From NCBI GenBank assembly GCA_918234285.1, contig CAKJXZ020000010.1, forward strand, positions 41,452 to 73,451: DNA of 32,000 nucleotides, read 5' to 3'. This DNA is from Pseudomonadota bacterium. Lineage in GTDB: Bacteria; Pseudomonadota; Alphaproteobacteria; RF32; CAG-239. Positions 26,528-32,000 of the stretch are shown here, one piece after another (position 1 is the stretch's first letter; each line of letters starts with the position of its first letter). Below the pieces are notes generated by a model. The model saw only the letters and a list, made by a program, of their open reading frames with translations. It was not told the origin of the DNA and made no database searches. Both the position numbers and the translations under genes were made by a program.

Positions 26528-26756
26528 TTTATCATCCTTTAAAAAATTTAAAACCAAATAAGGGGCACTTTTTGCCCATTGCCGATAATTTAATACATAA
26601 AAATAAAATTAATGCAACAAAAATTTGTTTATCCTCAATATTTTGTTGATGACAAGCGAATCGGCATGATTAAAAGAGGATTTTTGTTATGTGTGGCAAT
26701 TATTCCCGTTCATCGGGGTTGCGTTTTTTGAACACGGTAAATTCGGCTTTAAAGTT

Positions 26757-27491
26757 TTATTTAATTTCTTGAGTATATTTCTTTTTAATTATTTTTACGA
26801 TGTCATTGACCTCAACGGACTTTGTATCGTCGGTTGTTTTTTGCTTTTGCATCTTAGCTATACGATTTTTGACCATTTCAAAAGTTTGCGGTTGCATACT
26901 CTTTTCATCGATTTTTTGGCGGCTGCGGGTTTTTTGAGTTGTTTGAACGGAAACACCGCCTTTGCTTAAAGAGGCGAGTTGTTTTTCTTTTTGGGCGTTT
27001 TCGTATTCGGTTGAAGCGCTGACGGCATAACCGATGGCGCAAGCCGCATAAGAACAAGCCAGATAAGCGGGTAGTCCGGTTGCCGCGGCGGAAACCGCCA
27101 AACCGCCGGTTAAAGCCGCAAAACCGGACGACAGTAGAATCTCAAATTTTTTCTTTTTAGGGAGTTCGCGCCATTTATCGCGGAATTTTGTTTTTCCCGA
27201 ATCGGTTAAATCTTTTAATGCGGCCAAAGATGCTTTAGGATTTCTGTTAAGTTCGGAATTGAGTTTGGCTGATGAGTGGCTGGAAAGGGCTGCCATTGAC
27301 ATACCCAAAAAGCCGATGAGAGGACCGCCGCAATATTGCGCAACTAAGGCAGACGGTGCTAGTGCCGGCGCCACGGCCGCAACCAACCCGCCGACGGTCA
27401 TACCGCCCCACAACAGGGCATTTGCTCCCCAAAAGGCAACGCTTCGTTTATCTTCGGTGGAAAATTTTTTCCAGTTATCCTTAAAACTCAA
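26757..27491 (-). CDS. hypothetical membrane protein with an internal two-fold repeat (244 aa)
   Basis: TTG start preceded by GAGGAG at 7 nt. Two similar modules, FKDNWKKF...ALLWGGMTVGG and FRDKWREL...AALTGGLAVSA, are each followed by Gly/Ala-rich hydrophobic segments. A K/Q/T-rich tail follows. No family recognised. Confidence 0.65.
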   Translation of the reverse strand: MSFKDNWKKFSTEDKRSVAFWGANALLWGGMTVGGLVAAVAPALAPSALVAQYCGGPLIGFLGMSMAALSSHSSAKLNSELNRNPKASLAALKDLTDSGKTKFRDKWRELPKKKKFEILLSSGFAALTGGLAVSAAATGLPAYLACSYAACAIGYAVSASTEYENAQKEKQLASLSKGGVSVQTTQKTRSRQKIDEKSMQPQTFEMVKNRIAKMQKQKTTDDTKSVEVNDIVKIIKKKYTQEIK

Positions 27492-27573
27492 TACTTAGCT
27501 CCTCGTCCACATAATCATTAATCGAACGTATCCTACACCTTTTTGCGGGTTTTGTCAATCGCTTTTATTTGCA

Positions 27574-27600
27574 ATAAAAAACCCCGACCGAAGTCAGGGC
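27574..27600 (-). terminator. Rho-independent terminator of alaS
   Basis: On the minus strand: CCCTGAC-TTCG-GTCGGGG followed by T6. Confidence 0.85.
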
Positions 27601-27611
27601 TTTATTTGTTT

Positions 27612-30242
27612 TTATGCAACCATTTGTTTTATGGCGGCAATGGCATCGCTTATTTTTTCTACATCGGTGCCGCCGGCCTGTGCCATATCGGGACGTCCGC
27701 CGCCACCCTGACCGCCGAGAACACCGGCCGCTGCCCGCACCATATCAACCGCGTTATATTTGCCGGTCAAGTCTTTGCTGACCCCGACAACTACCGAGGC
27801 TTTGCCGTCTTTATCAGAGCACAAAACCACCACACCGGAGCCGATTTTTTGCGTAATATCGTCAACAAATGCCTTCAGTTCTTTCGGGTGGGCATCCGGT
27901 ACCAATTTGCCGACAAATTTAACACCGTTAACGGTTTCTACCTCGTCTTTAGCCGAAGATTGACCACCGGCCAGACTTCTCTTTAAATTAAAGATTTCAG
28001 CTTCAAGTTTTTTGCGTTCTTCAAGCAATCCGGCGATTCTGGCTTCCAAATCATTTATATTGGTTTTCAAGCCGTTGGCCGCCGCATGCAACTTATCTTC
28101 CAAAAAGCGTACATAAGAATCCGCACCGCAACCGGTTACACATTCCAAACGGCGTACACCGGCTGCCACGGCAGATTCCGATAAAATATGGAAGTAGCCG
28201 ATATTGCCGGTAGAGCTGACGTGAGTTCCGCCGCAAAGTTCGCGTGAGAACGGGGCTTTTTCATCGCCCATGGTAACCACGCGCACATCTTCACCGTATT
28301 TCTCGTCAAACAAAGCCATGGCACCGAGGGCAACCGCTTCGTCTTTATTCATAATCACGGTGTTGACTTTCAAATCGTTGCGAATTTGCTCGTTGACGAT
28401 ATCTTCTACCTTGCGGATTTGTTCGGTAGTAATCTGTTTCGGGTGAGAAATATCAAAACGCATTCTACCGGCTTCAACCGCCGAACCTTTTTGTGCCACG
28501 TGGTCACCCAACACGATTTTTAAAGCTTTATGAGCCAAGTGGGTTACCGAGTGGTTGGCACAAATTTGCGAGCGATTTTCTCTGTTGACCTCAAAGTTGG
28601 CAAATTCACCGACTTTTACCGTACCGCTCTGCAATTCACAGACATGAGCATATAAATCGTTCAACTTGGGTTTGCAATCGATGACCTTGGCGGTAAAGTT
28701 TTTGGATACGATTGTGCCGATATCGCCGACTTGGCCGCCGCGTTCGGCATAAAACGGAGTTTGGTTGGCTACCAACTCGAATTTACCGGAAGTTATTTCG
28801 TTTACTTCTTTGTCATCTTGTACCAAAGCTTTGATTTCGCCATCGGTTTTTAAGGTGTTGTAGCCCAAAAATTCGGTAGCACCGCATTTATCTTTGATAC
28901 CGTACCAAACTTTGGCCACACCTTCGTCGCCGGAGCCGGCCCAGTTTTTACGCGCTTCGGCTTTTTGTTTTTCCATGCAGGCATTGAAGCCTTCGACATC
29001 AACTTCGAGATTTCTGCCCTTGAGCGCATCCTGAGTCAAATCAAGCGGAAAACCGTAAGTATCATAGAGTCTGAACGCGGTTTCGCCGCTGAGTTTGGCA
29101 CCGGAAGACAGTTTAGAAATTTCATCATCAAGCAGCTTCAAACCTTTATCTAAGGTGCGACCGAAACGTTCTTCTTCGATTTCGATGGTTTCTTTAATCA
29201 GAGTTTCACGAGCATAAAGTTCCGGATAGGCATCGCCCATTTCTTTCTGCAGTGTCGGCAACAGCTTATAAATCATCGGCTCTTTGACACCGAGCATATA
29301 GGCGTGGCGCATGGCACGACGCATAATGCGGCGTAATACATAGCCGCGACCCTCATTGGACGGCAACACCCCGTCGGCGATTAAAAAGCTGATGGCGCGC
29401 AGATGGTCGGCAATTACGTTGTGGGAAGCCTTGAGCGGGCCGTTCGGGTCGGTATTGGCAATATCGGCAATTGCTTTAATCAGGTGTTGGAACATATCGG
29501 TTTCAAAGTTGGAGTGAACACCCTGCAAAATTGCGGCAATGCGTTCCAAACCCATACCGGTATCGATTGACGGGCGTTTTAAGTTGATGCGCGAGCCGTC
29601 CGGTAAATCTTCAAATTGGTCAAATACGAGGTTCCAAATTTCAATAAATCGGTCGCCGTCTTCTTCCGGAGTCCCCGGCAGACCGCCCCAAACCTCCGGA
29701 CCATGGTCATAAAAAATTTCGGAACACGGACCGCACGGGCCGGTATCGCCCATTTGCCAGAAGTTATCTTTGGTGGCAATACGGATAATACGGTCTTCCG
29801 GCAAGCCGGAAACCTTCTTCCAGATATCGTGTGCTTCGTCGTCGTTATGATAAATCGTAACCGCCAGCTTTTCTTTCGGCAGGCCGAATTCTTTGGTCAG
29901 CAATTCCCATGCGTACGGAATGGCGTAATCTTTGAAATAATCGCCAAACGAAAAGTTACCGAGCATTTCGAAAAACGTATGGTGGCGTACATCGTAACCC
30001 ACACTGTCCAAATCGTTGTGTTTGCCGCCGGCGCGCACGCTTTTTTGTGCGGTGGCCGCTCGGGTATAATCGCGGGTTTCGTTGCCGGCCAGAATGTTTT
30101 TAAACTGTACCATGCCGGAATTGGTAAACATCAAAGTCGGATCGTTATCCGGCACCAAAGATGATGACGGAACTATTTTGTGGCCGTTTTTCTCGAAATA
30201 ATCGAGGAACGTTTTGCGAATTTCATTTACACCGATTGTCAT
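27612..30242 (-). CDS. alaS: alanine--tRNA ligase
   Basis: 876-aa ORF with class II AlaRS motifs ([22 protein letters not shown]...[19 protein letters not shown]), the editing-domain HxxxH/CxxxH pattern (HSVTHL..., CGGTH) and a C-terminal DHHA1-like GGGG region. Confidence 0.98.
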   Translation of the reverse strand: MTIGVNEIRKTFLDYFEKNGHKIVPSSSLVPDNDPTLMFTNSGMVQFKNILAGNETRDYTRAATAQKSVRAGGKHNDLDSVGYDVRHHTFFEMLGNFSFGDYFKDYAIPYAWELLTKEFGLPKEKLAVTIYHNDDEAHDIWKKVSGLPEDRIIRIATKDNFWQMGDTGPCGPCSEIFYDHGPEVWGGLPGTPEEDGDRFIEIWNLVFDQFEDLPDGSRINLKRPSIDTGMGLERIAAILQGVHSNFETDMFQHLIKAIADIANTDPNGPLKASHNVIADHLRAISFLIADGVLPSNEGRGYVLRRIMRRAMRHAYMLGVKEPMIYKLLPTLQKEMGDAYPELYARETLIKETIEIEEERFGRTLDKGLKLLDDEISKLSSGAKLSGETAFRLYDTYGFPLDLTQDALKGRNLEVDVEGFNACMEKQKAEARKNWAGSGDEGVAKVWYGIKDKCGATEFLGYNTLKTDGEIKALVQDDKEVNEITSGKFELVANQTPFYAERGGQVGDIGTIVSKNFTAKVIDCKPKLNDLYAHVCELQSGTVKVGEFANFEVNRENRSQICANHSVTHLAHKALKIVLGDHVAQKGSAVEAGRMRFDISHPKQITTEQIRKVEDIVNEQIRNDLKVNTVIMNKDEAVALGAMALFDEKYGEDVRVVTMGDEKAPFSRELCGGTHVSSTGNIGYFHILSESAVAAGVRRLECVTGCGADSYVRFLEDKLHAAANGLKTNINDLEARIAGLLEERKKLEAEIFNLKRSLAGGQSSAKDEVETVNGVKFVGKLVPDAHPKELKAFVDDITQKIGSGVVVLCSDKDGKASVVVGVSKDLTGKYNAVDMVRAAAGVLGGQGGGGRPDMAQAGGTDVEKISDAIAAIKQMVA

Positions 30243-30335
30243 TTTATTTCCTTAATTTTAAGCTTAAAATTTTCTCACTGACGCGCAGATTATAACAAAC
30301 TTTGGCGCTTGTCTATATTTATTTACAAAAAAATA

Positions 30336-30363
30336 TTGACAAATTACACAAATGCGCTATAAA
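30336..30363 (+). promoter_or_regulatory. Putative sigma70 promoter of the secreted orphan gene
   Basis: TTGACA (30336-30341), 16-bp spacer, TATAAA (30358-30363). It lies inside the tracked ORF, so translation starts downstream. Confidence 0.45.
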
Positions 30364-30379
30364 ACCGTCAACAAATCTT

Positions 30380-30871
30380 ATGATTATGGTAAAAAGAATA
30401 ATTATTTTGGCAGTTTGCTTTATGCTCTCTGCCGTCGCCGCTTCCGCTCAGCGCGACAAGTTTTTTATTGAGCGTGATTCAGTGAAAATTGCCGTAAAGG
30501 ACGCCCCGAGGTCTGAACATCAGCGTTTTTTGTACGGTCTGTACAAAGACGGTAAAGAGCTTCTTCCCATGGTTTATGATATGGTTGAGGAGCGCTCCGT
30601 TAAGCTGATGGCCTTCTTTAAGGATACGGAGATTTTGGTCTACGACACAGACGGAACTTTGGTAGACAAAGCTGTTTTGGAGTTCCCGATTGATCGCCAC
30701 TCCTTTGTGCGATTTGAGGAAATTGATGGCCGCCGCGGTATAAGCGCGTATGAGCTGGTGGTATATTACAACGACAACGATTGGATATATCAACCCATAG
30801 GCACTTACTACCGGAAAGGTCGCCATCTCTACAGAGTTATCATTACCACCGAATTGGAGCTGATAAAGTAA
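30380..30871 (+). CDS. hypothetical secreted protein (signal peptide)
   Basis: From ATG 30380 (or 30386): MIMVKRIIILAVCFMLSAVAASA/QRD is a classical signal peptide with an A-x-A site. No family recognised. Confidence 0.6.
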   Translation: MIMVKRIIILAVCFMLSAVAASAQRDKFFIERDSVKIAVKDAPRSEHQRFLYGLYKDGKELLPMVYDMVEERSVKLMAFFKDTEILVYDTDGTLVDKAVLEFPIDRHSFVRFEEIDGRRGISAYELVVYYNDNDWIYQPIGTYYRKGRHLYRVIITTELELIK

Positions 30872-30875
30872 GGAT

Positions 30876-30911
30876 AAAAGGTCGGAGTTGCTTCCGACCT
30901 TTTGTTTTTTT
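30876..30911 (+). terminator. Rho-independent terminator
   Basis: AAAA, then GGTCGGA-GTTGCT-TCCGACC, then TTTTGTTTTTTT. Confidence 0.85.
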
Positions 30912-31045
30912 GGTGAATAATCGGGAAATATATCAGTATTTTAGAGGCTTATGTCGCAGAATCAAAAAAGTAAAAAAAATACTGGAAAAATTAAAAAAAA
31001 TATGCTACAATCAAAAGAAGTGTAGGGACTTTCAAAGGGAATGCT

Positions 31046-32000
31046 ATGTATATTTGGATATTATTGGCAACGATTATGGTCGCTTTGAGCTTTTTCAACG
31101 TTGCGCCGCGCGCCGATAAGGAGCACGCACTCAACGAGATTAAGGCTGCCACGGTTGTTAACCGTTTCAAAGCGGAGCATGTGGCTATGCTGCGTAATAT
31201 TGAGTGTGAAATAATATTACGACGAAATGACCAGTATTGGGACGGCGCAGATGATACAAATCCGACTAGCGCGTCAGGACCGGTGAGAGTCACCAACTCT
31301 ACCAGCTTTATAGCAGAAGGATTAAAAGCCTATACCAAATTTGAAGATCATTTACCTGTGGGATATATGCAAGGTAATAACCGTAAGGACGGCACCGGGC
31401 AAAATTATTCAATCAGCCAAAAAGAGCATTATGTGTATTGTTTGGATAAGCCGGCCGAAAGTACAATATCCGACGCATCAGCCGGACAATATTCCGGCAA
31501 CTTTATTTCGTGTCGTACTACGGCAACAGGATCCAATATCGGATACAACCGCTATTTAGTGTCGGTTATGCCGATAAAAGACCGCTGGGTAACCAAAGAT
31601 GGCAGTAAAAAACCTTTGCCGATTCTTACAAATATATTAGCAAAAAATCCGAGCAGAACCGCAAAATTGGGGTGGAGCGAGTGTGATGAAAGCGGCTGTG
31701 TGTTGCATGGAATGGGGGCTCATGCCGTGCGCTTGGAATATACGGATCATGATGAATTTGGGAACTTAAAACAAGAATTGCACCATGTTATTTTGTCTTC
31801 GCAGTCTAAGATTTGGGATAATCCGATTTTTAAGACCAGCGGCATGTGTTATGATAATACCTGTTTGTTTGCTTATGAACAAATACCGGTGGCAGATACA
31901 GCTTGTCACTGTGAAAACTTAATCAGAGAAGCAAGCGGTCAGCCGCGATTGACCACGGAAGAATGTTATCCGGTGCCACCACCGCCGGAACAGAATCCGT
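31046..32000 (+). CDS. hypothetical N-terminally anchored, cysteine-rich protein (partial, runs off the window)
   Basis: Absent from the ORF track because it has no stop in the window. I hand-translated an open frame from ATG 31046 (AAGGGA RBS 6 nt upstream, TGcTACAAT extended -10 at about 31001-31009) to the window end. It begins MYIWILLATIMVALSFF (TM or signal), contains at least 12 Cys in motifs such as SECDESGC, MCYDNTC and ACHC, then PVPPPPEQNP. The tracked ORFs 30991-31296(-) and 31341-31559(+) are its shadows. Confidence 0.65.
   Translation, partial: MYIWILLATIMVALSFFNVAPRADKEHALNEIKAATVVNRFKAEHVAMLRNIECEIILRRNDQYWDGADDTNPTSASGPVRVTNSTSFIAEGLKAYTKFEDHLPVGYMQGNNRKDGTGQNYSISQKEHYVYCLDKPAESTISDASAGQYSGNFISCRTTATGSNIGYNRYLVSVMPIKDRWVTKDGSKKPLPILTNILAKNPSRTAKLGWSECDESGCVLHGMGAHAVRLEYTDHDEFGNLKQELHHVILSSQSKIWDNPIFKTSGMCYDNTCLFAYEQIPVADTACHCENLIREASGQPRLTTEECYPVPPPPEQNP

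Noticed and set aside
26696-26729. A plus-strand terminator-like hairpin (GCAA..CCCG-TTCAT-CGGG.TTGC followed by GTTTTTT) in the secY upstream region, with a 27-codon ORF starting at 26689.
   Set aside because: No plus-strand gene or convincing promoter feeds into it. The micro-ORF has no supporting features beyond a purine-rich tract. It may simply be a 5' UTR or antisense-insulating structure. Reported here only as a caveat.
11790-30164. Many long ORFs in the six-frame track lie antisense to, or out of frame with, ribosomal and housekeeping genes. Examples are 19523-20200(-), 16972-17487(-), 15364-15858(-), 22514-23140(+), 29616-30164(+), 14236-14661(-), 27543-27986(+) and 25979-26335(+).
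   Set aside because: Each lies wholly inside an unmistakable conserved gene on the other strand or frame. They have no RBS and a low-complexity or biased composition typical of shadow ORFs.

Overview
This is a chromosomal window of mostly core housekeeping genes. Gene content and synteny look alphaproteobacterial, with very AT-rich intergenic DNA. I cannot name the organism without a database search.

Layout:
- dnaQ-coaE (-) lies divergent from rho (+) across a 433-bp, extremely AT-rich spacer. The spacer holds three perfect DnaA-box 9-mers.
- smr-mltA-Tim44-like (-) and secB-trmL (+) follow.
- A small stretch of orphan ORFs with their own promoters and terminators spans about 6.5-9.7 kb. It also contains dgkA and two tandem, near-identical tRNA-Val genes with different anticodons.
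- Next come an XRE-type HTH regulator, trmB and an RHH protein.
- A complete S10-spc ribosomal protein operon, rpsJ to rplO, lies on the + strand (11.8-21.2 kb).
- The normally contiguous secY-adk-rpsM-rpsK-rpoA block lies on the opposite strand, convergent with rplO. It is preceded by alaS and an orphan membrane protein. It is followed by another orphan gene where rplQ would be expected.
- The window ends with two secreted or membrane-anchored orphan proteins, the last running off the end.

Most notable observations:
1. Three ~105-nt long imperfect hairpins have unrelated arms but the same GTAC-N6/7-GTAC apex. Each abuts a stop codon exactly at the disrupted rpmD/rplO/rpoA junctions.
2. The ribosomal supercluster is split and lacks rplQ here.
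3. The coaE-rho spacer is a candidate oriC.
4. The tRNA-Val pair differs by an anticodon switch.

I saw no CRISPR array, transposase, integrase or recognisable defence or toxin system. All functional calls rest on motif recognition by eye; no homology search or folding program was run.
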